64,000 bases of DNA from assembly GCF_052425735.1 (NCBI RefSeq), contig NC_135771.1:24986001-25050000 (forward strand). The letters are read 5' to 3'. The notes under the pieces are model-generated. The model did not search any database and was not told the origin of the DNA. It saw only the letters and a program-made list of their open reading frames with translations. This DNA comes from Oculina patagonica. Its lineage: Eukaryota. Below are positions 39,808 to 53,573 of the stretch, piece after piece; within the stretch, counting starts at the first letter, position 1; the number at the start of each line of letters is the position of its first letter. The position numbers were made by a program, and so were the translations under genes.

Positions 39808-42800
39808 ATGAAAATGAAAGCCGCTTTTGTTCCTGCAAGGTGAGCTACCTCAAAGGATTGTAATAACAGGCTATGGAAGTGGCTGGGAGTCTTCAAAACG
39901 ATGGAGAAAGGTAGCAAAGTTCAGGGGCTGCCAATGTTCGATTGGACCCGTGCATGCTTTATTTAGAGACTTTGCTATTTTGATTTTGCTTTTAAATGTC
40001 CTTCTTCCTTGTTGGTTTTCACTGCTTGCGTTTTCCTGACAACAAAACTTGTTTTAAGAACTATTTAAAGATTAGTTTACCCCACTGACTGTACTGCGTT
40101 TTGAAGGTTAAATGATAAGTGACTCGAACAGATTTACGACAGAAGTAATCTTTGATGAGCATTTAGTTGTGATAAAATAGTGATTGTTTAGATTGTCACA
40201 GATTCCTGTTTTGATTAATATATGCTAATGCGTTGTTGCTAGTGTGAAGAAATCTTTCTAGTTCATCTCATCACTGTCTAGATATTCTTTAGCTAGCTAT
40301 TTCTGTTATCCCACGCTTGGGTGTGCATACATGTATGTCTGTTTATATTCATCTAGGTGAGATTTTCAAGTGTCAACACTTCAGTTTTTACCCCTTGCAA
40401 AGTTTCCTTTGCTTTTAATTTTGCCATGTACTGTGGTTAATTAACCTTTGTTAACTTAAAGTTACTAATGACAACTTGACCGAGGGAAATTAACTCTGTT
40501 AACCACATAAAAGTGTTTTATTAACATATATCTGACACCTTCCTCAGTGCTATTACAAGCCATTGAATATTATGGAATATCCCACAAGTCACTTGTAATT
40601 TTTCGGTATACACACAAAGCTTTAGGTTAGTGTATACCACAAGAAAGTGTTGTGTAACTATTTTATACCATGCCATAAAAGAAAATACGCTTAATAAATT
40701 TCTTCGAGAATAAGATCGCAACACACAATGGGAAGGTTGGGTTGAATACCGTCAAATATTATAACGGTTTTCCTGTATTCTGATTGGCTGTATTTTCTAT
40801 GGTATGGTATAAAGTGTTATACATGTAAACATTCTAACATTAGGATAGCTCTTACATAAGCCCTTTAATTTTTACAATGGTTTTGATGAGATTGTGTGTT
40901 TTTATGTTGTAGTGATAAAGCTGCAAAGTTTTATGAACAAGCTCTTCTTTTGGTGGATTGCTGCAAGATTCCAGAGGCCATCAAGTTATTGGAAAAGGTT
41001 TGTGTTTTAGACAAGTCTTTGACCTTTTTAAGCTGTAGCATAACTTCCCTTCTTCAAAACAGTTTACTTTACTTCCTGTTCAATATCTTGCAGGCCATTC
41101 AACTCAATCCAGGCTCTGAAATCTACAAGGAAACACTGGCTTTCTTTCAGATGAATGCGCAATGTTACTCAGACCATCTACAGAAAGATAAACAAGGAGT
41201 AAGCTATGCTAGTGTTACCCGAGGAAAGTCCAGTGTCGGTTATCAAAAAGAGAAGAGTTCTCCTGAGTGGAATGTAAAGAAATCGAAACTAAAAGAGAAT
41301 CCAAGTGCAAAGATGCCTTGGTCGCCTGCTGTTTCCTCTAGTTACTATAGTGACCCTTATGAACAAGCAACCATTGAGAATCCATGGGCTTCCTTTGTGA
41401 ACAGCAATAACAGGAGGAAAAAAACTGACAGCAGTCCAATAGATGGCTTAAGTGAGATAGACCTTCCACCCGTGAATGGCAATTACACTGAAAGTCCACT
41501 TTCTAAAGAAGACCATAAACAGCATGTTCGGAAAGAAGCTGACAGTTCCTTTAGTTCAACACTCAAAACACCCATTAGTTCGCAGGAAACTGTGTGTGAG
41601 GATGGCAAAGCTTTTAACCATGAGCACGAGAACCATGTTGATATTTCAGACGATCATTTTGGATACAAAAATGGTGCATATCCCGAAGGACTTTACACTT
41701 ACAGCCATAACCATGATGAAAATCTAGAAAGCAAATTTCTTGAGGAGTTGTGTACGGCACGTGAAACTGCAATAGATGACTGGGCAAAATACTATGATCT
41801 GCTACGTAGTGGGTTAAGAGATGAAGTACTTTCTACGCGGTCAGACGTTTTAGGTCAGAATATACCCACAACTCAGTATTCTGACAGTTTAGACGAAATT
41901 GATGAATCTTTGAATGTCAGATGTAAGAATCATGTGGGGAAAGATCAGTCAAGTTCTGACAAACCTGCCTCTAAGAGTAACAAAAGTGTGTTCAAAGTGT
42001 GGGCATTTTAATGGAAGTGGAAATCTCCCTTCTACTCCTACAAAGAACAGGATTCATTTTGTGAATGGTGCATGTGTTTCAAGCTCTAGCTTGCCTCATT
42101 GTACTTGTAACAAACAGAGCAAAGGCTACTCTGAAGGACAATCTCCCAAGACACCACTTTCCACATCACAACAGGAGTTTTATCGAAACCTTCAGAATTA
42201 CTTTGGCAATGGGAAGGTAAAGAATAGGAAAACGGCAACAGAGTCAGGGAATGAGAAAAGAACTTCAGATGACTTAGATTTAAATTCTTCGCCATCATGT
42301 AATTCTCATGACACTAACATTTCTTCAAACTCGACCAAGGATCCACTAAATGTTACATCAAAGCAGAATGTTATGGAAGGTGGTACTGTACAAAGAGATA
42401 GCTGGACTTCCAAAGAACATTTAAGTCATGAGGTGCAAAATGAGGGTAGTTCTTTTGATCGTAAGACAACAAAAAGTTCATTTCATGCAGAGGAAGTAAA
42501 AAAAGACAAGAAATCAGTTGACGAGGAAAAATTTCAGCAGACAAGTTTCAAACCAAAATCAAGAGTTGATGACAAGGTCAAAAGTAGACCTAAAGCTTCA
42601 AAAGCTGAACATGTTAAGAATTCAAAGGAAGGAGCATCACAAAGGGTTGATTCCCACAGACAAGCGAGAGCTAAAGTTGGTGTCAAATCAAGAGTTAGTC
42701 ATAAAGTGAAGGCTGAGGAGACTACAAGGACTGTGCCAGCTTCAGATGTGAAAGAAAGACCAAGTAAACACAGGGCCGAGGGAAAAGTTCAAGAAGAGAT

Positions 42801-45800
42801 TGATGTCACCAAGCTTTTTTACAGTCTTTATTGCACAGGTACTGTTCATTTTACTTTTGAGAGATAAAAGGTAGGGATAAGGTCAAGCCTAGTGGCCAAT
42901 ATGGCTGGCGCTAACGCCAAATTCTGTAATATGAAGCGGGTAGGGCTTATCCTTCCTGGATAGGATGCTACTCCATCACAAGGTTACCCCCAACGTGTAA
43001 TTTGTCAGTACAGTCAGACCTCGATTATCCGGACTCGTTGGGATAGTAAATAGTGGAAATTGAGAGTAGAAATCGAAAGTAGAAAAGAGCCAAAAAAACA
43101 GGGCATCTGACTGGAAATTTATTTGTGTGAATGTTTTATGGCTAGTGGAAATGAAAGGAAGTTGCCTGCCGAAGTAAAATGTTGTTCGATTGGAAACTAC
43201 ACCAGGTTCCATGTTTTTGACAGGTAAACCACCTTAAGTAACGTCGTTAGAACTTAGTAATCTGGTTGAAGTGAAGGAAGTCTGATAATTGAATAATCCA
43301 GATAATCGAGGTTCGACTGTACCCATTTTACACTTACATCTTGTAGTTGGAAAGAGGTAATGTAAGAGTTGAGTCTCTTGCCCAACAACACAACACAATG
43401 AACCTTGTCCAGGACCCGAACCTGGACTGCTTAATCCAGAGTCCAGGGCCCGGTTGTTCAAAGCACGATTAAGCTAATCCAGGATTAGCGTGAAATTTGA
43501 TTTTAATTTAATATAATTTCGTTGAGGCTTTCTGTTAATTCTGTCCCACAGTTTTGACATGGACCAATCTCAAACTTAACAAAATATTAGCTTTAGGAAA
43601 CCCTTTAAAACAAGAGAAATTAAATAATCTTGATCATCTTTTAATCCTGAGTTAGCGTTAATCGTCTCTCGAACAACCCAGCCCAGTGCAATAACCATTT
43701 GGCCATAGCACCTCCCTTTATCATAAGTTAAACGAAAAACTTGCATTGTACAGTGTATTCACTAAGACGTTTTCATGTTCTATTCTTCAGTTATTTCACT
43801 ATTGAGCAAATGTGGTCAAGCCTTGAAGTCCATTATGTACTATGTTTTACTTCTTCTGGTATTGCTCTTTGGCTTTCTCATTTACTGGTGAGTCATTTTT
43901 GTGAAGTTTATTCTTTTATTTATTATTTAACAAAGTTCTTTATGATGCTGAATGAAAGATGGTTGCCTGGGATGTCCAGGGGCCTCCTCCTGGCAATCCC
44001 CGCAAAGAAGTCCAAAAATGGACGAAGCTGTGCTGAAAGCTGCTGAAACTTTGACCCAACATGCTAGTATAATGGCAAAGTACACTGAGCCTGCATGCTC
44101 GTACGGATACCGTTGAGCGGAAGTACCAGCTACTCTTTGTTGTTAACTTTGTTAAATTGCATTTAACAGCATTTATTCTTTTTAATTTTTTTTTTTTGCA
44201 ACCAGTATATTAAATTTTACACTTAAAGAAGAATTTTACCCTTATTTTTGTGTAACTTCAAAATGCCAGTGATAGCTACATTATTATGTAGGTTAGATAA
44301 AGACAAACATATTATTGTGAGATAATTGTATTTTTTTTTTTCCAATCAAGTGTTTGGTTTGCTGGCTGCTGGTTGTGCAGAAAGGTTCTAAACTATGTTC
44401 CAGCTGAAAGATGGTACACTGTTGTCAGAAACAAAATATCGGCTTTGTTTGAGTGGTTCAGGAAGCGCAGAGAAAGAAGAAAGGTGTCAGCAGAGGGTCA
44501 AACCTATGATCTGCCTAAGAATGGTAACTCATTAACATTCAATTCTTAACACATTCAATAAATGGGAAAAATGTTATGTGCACAAAGTTGATTATGTTTT
44601 CATTGAAATCAGGAGATGCAGCAGTTATGCACATGCTTCAAAACAAAGACAATGACCCCTACAGGTGTGTATGCCACATTATCAACACCAATAAATAAAT
44701 AATAAATTATATCAAAGGAGTACAGTGTAGTTGAAAATTGGATACAAATTCATTTTGATCAACCTGCAAGCCATGCTTAAGGGTAGCATGGTTAAGGGTA
44801 GCTGTGTGGACAGGATCAAATGGAATCAAATGAAATTGAAAGCTATACAGTGGTTTGCTATGTATGTTGTATGTCATTATGATTCATTTAAGTTGTTGTG
44901 TCCACATGATCTCTTGAGTATTTTACTTGAAACAAGACACATAATGAGTGGCATACCATTGCTCCCTCCCTCAAAAACAAACAATCAAACAAACAAAAAC
45001 ATAGGAAAGTCAGTGTGACAAAGTGTTTTATTGTACATGCAGTGTACTTGGTGTGCCAAGAGATGCGACAGATGATGACATCAGAAAGCAGTACAGGAAA
45101 CTGGCTGTCTTAATCCATCCTGACAAGGTACTACTCAGTTCTTTGCTACTAATAACAAGGTTTTTGACGATTTTATGTAGATTTCCGACGATTGTCCGAA
45201 GATTTTCAAAATGTTGTCCAAAGGTTGTACAAATGTTTCTGAACATTTTCCAAACTTTCCGAAAATTTCCAAAGATTGCGGATGAAGTTCCGAAGATGTT
45301 TCGATTAAGGTGGGGGGTTGTTTTTTTTTTTTTTTTTTCTTAATATCGATAAACTTTGGCTCATTGAGCATTGAAACACAGCAAACTCTGCGAGCTGATT
45401 GGTCAACAATGATATCACACATGTGTGGATATCATTTTTATCCACACATGTGTGATACCATTTTTATCGATTTGCTACCACTCGCTATACCACTGCAGTT
45501 TATATATTTTAATATCATTATCATACAGTCCTGCTACAGAAACTGGAGTAACATGCTGGAACTGATATGAAGTCATGTCAAAGGTCCCTGGAGTTAAAAA
45601 TAAACATAAGCCACAGCCTAGACCATGTCATGCCCATGCCCATGTCATTTATGTTCATCTTCACTGTGTTAACAGCTCTGGTTATCTCTGTTTCTTGCAG
45701 AACACCCACCCTCAAGCTGACGAAGCCTTCAAAACTCTTGCCAATGCCTTTGACATTCTAAGTGACCCAGTAAGTCTGAGCAATGTTCCATTTACACAAG

Positions 45801-47565
45801 TACATATCTTTTTTGAACCCTGATATCTGAAACAATGCAACCTCTAGGCTAGTACATGTAATTAGAAGCACTCTGTTTAAATTTGATTCAAGATTTTTTT
45901 TTTTTGACTTTTGAATCATTGAAAATGCATATATTTTTAAACAGGTGAAGCGTTCTAATTTTGACACTGAAGAAGCTTGGAAGAGGAGAGCAGAGGAAAG
46001 GGTAAGTTCAGTTTCATAAAACAATTTCATCAGCACCCCCATCCATTTTTACTTTGTCTCACTGAAAGAATTTGTGACTGTAAGTTACTATACATGCTAT
46101 CAATGCAGTGTGGTTATTAACACTGCTCTTTTCTCTTGAATTAAATGTTCTGAATCTTAATATTTCTTGTAGGAGGGACGTTATGGTCCTGCCAGTCCCG
46201 AACAGTTCTTTGCTGATCTGGGAAGAAAGATGCAAGAGGTAAGCACTGTCAATACATAGGGAATGAAAGATACTCCAAGTATGCTCTGTTCTTGTCTCCA
46301 GAGGCCCGTCCTTCTGCTTCGTTAGGGCCTCTGCTCGGTTTGGGGGGGAAAACCATTGTGAGAGAAATAGGGACGATGACAACAATTATATTTTGGAGAA
46401 TTTTCAGCATCGTTAGTTCTTTTTATTTTATTTTATTTTATTTTATGTGACTCTGACTACATTTTTTATTTTCTAAACACAGATGCAGAATTACTTGCAT
46501 TGTAACGCATGTGATGGAAAACACCGTCGTTACAGCACAGACCGGTTTGTTCTTACAGCACGATTTTGTGGTCGCTGTAACACAAGACATGCTGCAAAAG
46601 AGGTATGTAAGTGCAGTAGAAAAGGCCCTAGGAGCGTGGGGGGGGGGGGGGGTTGGGGGAGGTCTGTGATTTTTTTATTATTATTATTTAGTTTGAAAAT
46701 GACATCAAAATTACTTTTAAATTGCGCCAATGGCATTAGAACATATCAGAGGGGCCCTTCTAATTTACAGTAGAGACTCCCAATTTTTTCGAACCAATTT
46801 TTCGTTTCCCTTGGATATTACTTCTCTGTAATTTGACCTCCTATTTCTCGAAGCAATTTTCGTTTCCTTTGGTGTTCGAGAAGTCGCAATTCTTCCGTAT
46901 AAATTTGTTTTCTCTATGGGCCTGGATTTAGGACAAATATTCTATCTGCGATGTATTAAATAACCTTACCTAGAGTTGCAAAACAAAAAGGAACGAGGAT
47001 TGTCAAGGTTAGGGAGGACTGTAACGGATCACAAGTTCTGTAGTTTCCTTCGCAGCCGTAACGGGTCACGCAACGCTTCTTCGTCGGGGAGCGTTGCGTG
47101 ATGACCCAAATAAGGGCTGCGAAGGAGACTAGGGTATATACGAATGGCGAACGTGAAAGGCACGGCGATGCGACATCCGTGACCTGGCTACTGAAGTATC
47201 ACAGATTCATCGAAATATTGTGATTAATACACTGTTTTTGTACGGTTTTATTCTTCAGGGAGACTTGTGGGCAGAAAGCAGCTTTCTTGGTTATAAGTTA
47301 CACTTTTATGCCTGCATGGAGGGTGAAGTGTTTGATGTCACTGAATGGGCAGCTTGCCAGGTTAACTTATATAGATCTGCTATAAACAATTAAGTTTTCC
47401 ATTTGGCTAGTGACATGTTAGATTTTACTAGCCATAAGTAATTTTTCACTAGTCAGATATATTGATTTCTATCAAGAACTGTTGACTTTTCTGAGTTTTT
47501 CACTAGCCAAAGTGGCTAGTAGGAAAGCTAAACCTGGTAGCCAAAACTTAAATTTTAGTAGCCTT

Positions 47566-47598
<33 letters not shown>

Positions 47599-47980
47599 TT
47601 AAATTAATAAAATAATTCAATATTATATTAATTTATTTTGTTTTATCATTTGTAGGGTATTGGCAGTTATCGTGTTGAACCTAACCCGCATACAGTCCAT
47701 CTGAAGCTCAAGACCCGTCAAACACACCCTAGCGGCTTCAGTTCCAGGTCAGACCTAGCCAGTTTATTGTTTTCACTAAAGCTTTGATATTCTTGCGGTT
47801 TGATCATAAATGTACGTAACAACCATAAAAAAGTTACTTTTTATTATTTCAAATTACAGATCGGAGGAGAAGGATTTTGAGAACTTCATGCGCGCATTTT
47901 TCGGACAATTTCCGTCTGAAAGGGAAAAGTTTCAAGGGTCAAGCAAGCCACAGAAAAGAAGAAGAAAGAGAAAGCATTAA
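39808..47980 (+). CDS. DNAJC14: DnaJ subfamily C member 14-like (J domain + Jiv90), 14 exons, ~964 aa if one extra base near 41982-41985 is removed
   Basis: Exons 39808-39839, 40913-40997, 41094-42838, 43791-43887, 44351-44523, 44613-44664, 45043-45127, 45701-45769, 45945-46001, 46173-46238, 46483-46602, 47259-47360, 47656-47747, 47860-47980 (2896 nt = 3n+1). Hydrophobic TM segment, J domain [20 protein letters not shown], CxxC pairs (CNAC, CGRC), [22 protein letters not shown]. The 3' exons are secure; exons 1-3 are inferred from splice signals and phase. Confidence 0.85.
43011..43319. mobile_element. Tigger-type MITE nested in a SINE
   Basis: TA|CAGTCAGACCTCGATTATC..GATAATCGAGGTTCGACTG|TA. 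Confidence 0.8.
43447..43683. mobile_element. PIF/Harbinger-type MITE nested in the same SINE
   Basis: GGCCCGGTTGTTC..GAACAACCCAGCC with CAG duplicated on both sides. Confidence 0.7.
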
Positions 47981-48643
47981 GTTGAAAGATCGCGTGGAGA
48001 CCAGTGGGATTTACCGATTACTTCATGGGATAAATCCATCGTTCTGTTCATAACAATCGCCGTTTATCCCATTACACAAAACAGGAATTTATTCTGAAGC
48101 TGATTTGTAAAGTTATTACACTAGGAGGCCATGTTTGTGAAGTTTAACTCAAGCCTCTTAATGTGAGCCTTAAAAGTTGATGAAATCATGAAAAACATGG
48201 CTAAATCATGAAGAAGGGTATCTAAAGTTTAACAACACCTTTTGTAACAAATATTACAGGGTTGTAGGCCTGGTTCATTTGAGAATCTAGTCTAGTTCAA
48301 GTTGGGGTTGTGCCGTTAATATCGGGGTAACACTTAAGAGTTTGATAGATTTTGTATTGAAATTATTATAAATCGACAAAAAGAAATTTGTTTAAAGAAC
48401 GCAAGAAACCGATATTTTTCCAGTTAAAACATTAATTACATTGTATAGTTTGCATTACGTTATGTTTTGAAAGAGATATATGAAACAGTCACTTTTCATT
48501 AGTTGATGTTAGATTTAAAGTAATAAACAATTATCGGGGGGGGCTGGGCGGTTTTTTTTTGGGTTTTTTTTTTTTTTTTTTTTTGTTGGGGGCGTTTTTT
48601 TTGGTTATATTTGGATACAGTTGAACATCTCACGTTGCGTTTT

Positions 48644-48677
<34 letters not shown>

Positions 48678-49854
48678 TCACCCACAAAATATTCTTGTCG
48701 GCGATTTCACAGTGGAATTCCTGTCTCCCCTTTGTTATTTCGGATAATCTCCGATGTCCCGAAGCTTCAAAACGCTCACTTTTTTTTCTTGGGGGGGGGG
48801 GGGCAAAATAGAGTTAAACCTCTACAATACGAACCCTCCCTTATACGGGAAACGGACACTAAATCTCGGCCACAGGAGAGCTTAATAGGCACAGGCAAAT
48901 TAAATGCTAGGGGTAACCCTGTAATAGCCAAGCATCCCATTTACGTAATACTGTGGAGTACCGTAATGATTCGATTTAGCGCCCGGGGCGCTTAGTTTTA
49001 CTTTTGGCACCTCAAGGGAGGGCGCTTATTCGGGACAGGGCGCTTATTTAATTTTTTGAGAAACAACCAAATGTATCTAACAATAACCGAAACTGTAACA
49101 GTCAGAAATTGTTAAAAATTCAGTTACTTTTAAAATAATTGTTCATTTTAGCAGCATAAAATATATACACGAACTGTACGGTGAACGTCAATGACTTTTC
49201 AGTAGGGGCAGTTACTCAATAGGGGCACTTATTAGAATAGGGGTGCTTATAAGAATGGGGGCGCTAACTTAGAATGGGGGCGCTTATTGGAATAGGGTCG
49301 TCTCTCCCCCTTTTTTTTTTTTTTTTTTTTTCCAAACTTATTTACTTGAAAAACACATTCGAAGGGGGGCGCTTATTCGGAAAGGGGGCGCTTATTTGGC
49401 CCCAAGGAGCTTAATGGCGCAGAAAATTAAATGCGAATCATTATATATTCGGTAAATAAACCCCTAGTTGTTTCATACTACAGACAACTACCGGCCTGTA
49501 TATTAACCTCTCTATTAGGGAAATGGATAAAACTATTATACTCAGACAGGATCCCCCCCCCCCCCTGCAAAAGCCAGAAAAAAGAGATGGTGTCTTGTTT
49601 GTATAGCCTCCACTCTATCAGGAGTAAAAACTAAGAAAAAGATTCAAACATCTTTGTGCATTTCTCCAGCAATGCAAGCTTCATGCACGCCTAATATGAA
49701 AGTCTTAACTCAAATTTTGAGGCCAATACATTTTGTCCATTTGGGTTACCAGACAGGTGGTATCTTGCATAGCCCCCCTACCCCTAGACAAGATGGATCC
49801 TCGTCGAGTACACTTGTTATGACCCCTTCCCTTACGGACACTCCGGTGACGATA

Positions 49855-50292
49855 CAGTCGAACCTCTCCATACGGCCACCTCTCTATTATGGACAATCTC
49901 ATATGTCCCAACAAAATTCTCATATTTTGTACAGTAAAAAAACGTACTAAAACAACACCTTAGACGTTTTTAAAATTGATCATATTTTTACATGCAGCAT
50001 TCTGTTGTAGAACATTAAGTTTGAAAATAGTGATTCGTACAGAGAGCAAGTAGCTGAAGTCAAAAGTGACGTCATAGTGGTGGCCTCTATAATATAAATA
50101 CAGACACCTCTAATACGGACACTGCGCAGTCCCTTCCGTGCTTGTATTAAGGTGGATTTCCACTGACGCATAATTTTTTGCGTGCGTGAAAAAATTTAGA
50201 GACAAAGTATGAACGACTCGCGTACACGTTTACGCAAGTCGTTCATACATTGTCTCAATTTTTTCACACGTTAACCTAGGGAGGTTCAACTG
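49855..50292. mobile_element. Tigger-type MITE containing a palindromic insert (~50148-50272)
   Basis: TA|CAGTCGAACCTC..GAGGTTCAACTG|TA; internal hairpin GTATGAACGACT..AGTCGTTCATAC. Confidence 0.65.
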
Positions 50293-51465
50293 TATTTGTT
50301 TTCACTGACTCGTTTCAGCCCCTTATCGCCTATTAGTATCAAAATATTTAGGGGGAAGTCGGGAAGAGGACGTAATTCGTTTCATTCCTACGTGTCCTGT
50401 TGCCTTTGACAGGGTCGTAACCAGGTATATGGGATCAGGGATCACAGCCTTGGGATCGGGATCACAGCCGGGTTTGCCCGGCCCCGGGAAGGGGCCGGGC
50501 CCGGGGGTAAAAAAGGATAAAATTCATTTTTGGAGAAGAAATAAAAAAATATTTAAAATTTTTAAACAAAAAAAAAAAAAATTACCCCCCCCTTTTACGC
50601 AAGGAATCACTTGATGCGAGGCAATTGTCTTTCGCTCTGGAAGGGAAGTGCAGTGACAAAGTCTCTTAGGGGTGGGGTGGAAAGCAACTGCGGTTTTTGA
50701 CAAACATTTTCTTGTAAATTCCATTACAGTAACTGCTTCCCAGTAATACTGCTGTAGCACATTTTTTATTCTTCCCCAATGTTTACGTTATGTTGATAAA
50801 GAAGTACCAACCACAAACCTCAATTATAATTTTTTATTTTGAAAACTATAAACAGTCGTATTTTACTTGCTTGACAGTACAAATTCTTTAGTTACTTATC
50901 TTTACTGGAACAAAAGTTAGCACATTCGTAAATGAATACGTGCAGTACACCATCCATTTCCGTTACAAAAGATTACAAGACTTCCGAGTTGATTCTCCCA
51001 ACATCCACAGAAATTCATGGTATACTGCTTTAAAAATTTATACAATTTCTATTTAGTTTTCTGGTAAAATAATCAGTTATTGACTAAAGCACGCGAATTA
51101 TCTTCAGTGTTTGTATAAAATGATAATTATAAAAATCCCTGATAGCCATTCAGCTCAGTCAATTTCCGTTAAATCACCCCCTTACAACCGAGTAATAATT
51201 CATAATGCTTAATTTTACAATTCGTTTGGGATATTCTTCCAATATAATACATAATGAAAACATTAGTTACATAGTCGTGGCCTTTTTCTTACAAAAACAG
51301 AGTAAAGATAAAGATTTGTTTAGCTGGCTTGATGAGTTAAAACAATACGCTTACATGAAGCCTTTTAACGACTCACTTAGCACAGGGTACCCATGCAGTT
51401 GTAGTTGCTTTGCAACGCAGATTGGATGCCCTGTTTATGCATCACGAATTCAACAGATAAAGTCT

Positions 51466-53525
51466 TTATGAAAGCACTGTGAGAATAATTTTTCCTTTGG
51501 TTCTCTTCAGCATAGATACTGCAGACTCATGCGCAACACCAACAAGGCTCTCTCCATTGACAGCAACAATCTGATCACCACGTTTTAGCTGTCCATCACG
51601 GGCCGCAGCGCCTGTCGGGAAGACAGTTTTGACGTAGATTGGCAGGTCTCCATGAGGACTCCCATGACCACCCACGATACTGAATCCCAGGCCTTCTGGG
51701 CCTCGTTCTAACTCGATAATTTTCGCTTCCAGTGGTCTGAAATGGAACAAGAAAGAAGTGTTATGATTAAGGCAATTTTTGGTTTGTTCAACGCAACGTA
51801 TTCGATTAGTTTCCAGAAATGTTAGAGCCATTTTCGAAACTCCTCGGTCAAGCTTCGAAAAACTTCGGGTAACTTCGGATTTTTTCGGAAATCTTCGAGA
51901 AATCTTCGGGTAAGACTCTTCGCCATATATAAGGTAGTACTCACGCTTCCTCTCCTTCTTCGTCGGACTGAGCAAATTCAGCTGTTTCCTGCGCCATGGA
52001 GGAAGTCGGAGACAAACTTGCCGGGGGAAGACTGGTACCTGATGACGGATCTGGGCCAACTTCCGGCTGTTCTGGGTCTAAAGAAAGTGTGAAGAGGAAA
52101 TGACTAAGAAAAGGAAAATTGTTTAAATTTACAGTGCGACGCGCCTTATATAAGGGCGTGCGACGCGCCTTATGGCCACCCGACAAACTTTGTGTCAAGT
52201 GTCATCTTGTAATATTTTACGTTTTCACTGCGTTTTGTTGACAATTACGCTGTAACAAGCATCTATTTGATCGTATGCAACTTTGCAAGGAGGCGTTTTC
52301 GTCAAACTTATAATGATATTACTAAAGCACACTTGTAAAAAGTTTGTTGGGTGGTCACGGTAAGACGCGTCACACTGTAAAATATAAGCTGAACGTGGCT
52401 TTATTTTTGTCTTCCGAGCGACATCAAATTCCCTGGTAATCATAGAATGAAATTCTTAAACTAAACTTCAATCAATGAATCATGTTTCACAGCGCACTTA
52501 CCGAGCGGGACTTGGACCGAGATGTTTTCCATGCTGCTCATCGATTCCGTCCCAGGCAGTATGTTGGGCAAACTGCTCATCGAGGACGGCCGGGAACTGG
52601 TACCTTGCTTCAGACGAGCAACTTCAAGAATGACACGACCGGTGGTTCGCTACAAAGAAAAAGATTGACATGAATATCCTCAACTACATGTACCTTCCTT
52701 TATCTCGTACCGGAATAGCCCGCTATTTAGGGCAAGTAAAGATGGCGAACCAGAGAGAATGCTCCACTTTACCTTAAGAACAGCAGCAGCTATATCTTGT
52801 GTAGCATTCTTGAGATCCTCGCCGTTGACCGAGAGGATCTGGTCACCAGCTAGCAGACGACCGTCAGCCTCTGCTATTCCACCTCTGACCTGTCAATCAA
52901 AGTTAGGTTTAGCCAATCAAATCATAGCATTTTACGACTAAGTGAAACTGAACAAAAGCAGTAGCAGTTCTTCAGTGTCTTCGTGAAAAAGTCCACCCGG
53001 ATATTTTTTCTTTAATATACACGTTTTGTAGGTGAAGAAAAACCTAATGGAAACTTTGAAAGATTCAGTATCTGCACGGAAAATGGGAATGGGTGGTTCT
53101 CTGTTTTTTACAAAGAGCATGATAAATTTAAAAATTTAAATATTTGAATTTTTATATCGACAGAGCTGCGAATTCCGAAATCAACTTTGGTGGCTTCTAT
53201 GGGAGGGGGTCAGTTGGGAAGACAAAAATCAAATAAATTAACGGGTGTAGCATTAATAGCAGAAACCGCTACATACCACGTCCGAAACGAATACCCCAGT
53301 GTCATTTCTGCAAAGAAAGAAAAGGAAAGTTAAACAGAAATATACGATCATTAGAAAGCAGGCCAATAATTAGACTTGCTCCAAGTCGCTCGTTAGATTC
53401 GTAGGCGACCGCTGGATACGGAAACGGGGGGGGGGGGGGGGCATGAAAAAAAAAATTGAATTTTTTTTTTTTTCCTTGGCCCCCCCGTTCAATTCCCCCC
53501 CCCCCCCTTTTTTTTTTTTTTTTTT

Positions 53526-53573
<48 letters not shown>

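Noticed and set aside
41923-42050. Small intron to explain the DNAJC14 frameshift (GTAAGA donor at 41923)
   Set aside because: Nearby good acceptors (42045, 42050) are in the wrong phase; the phase-compatible pair gives only 49 nt.
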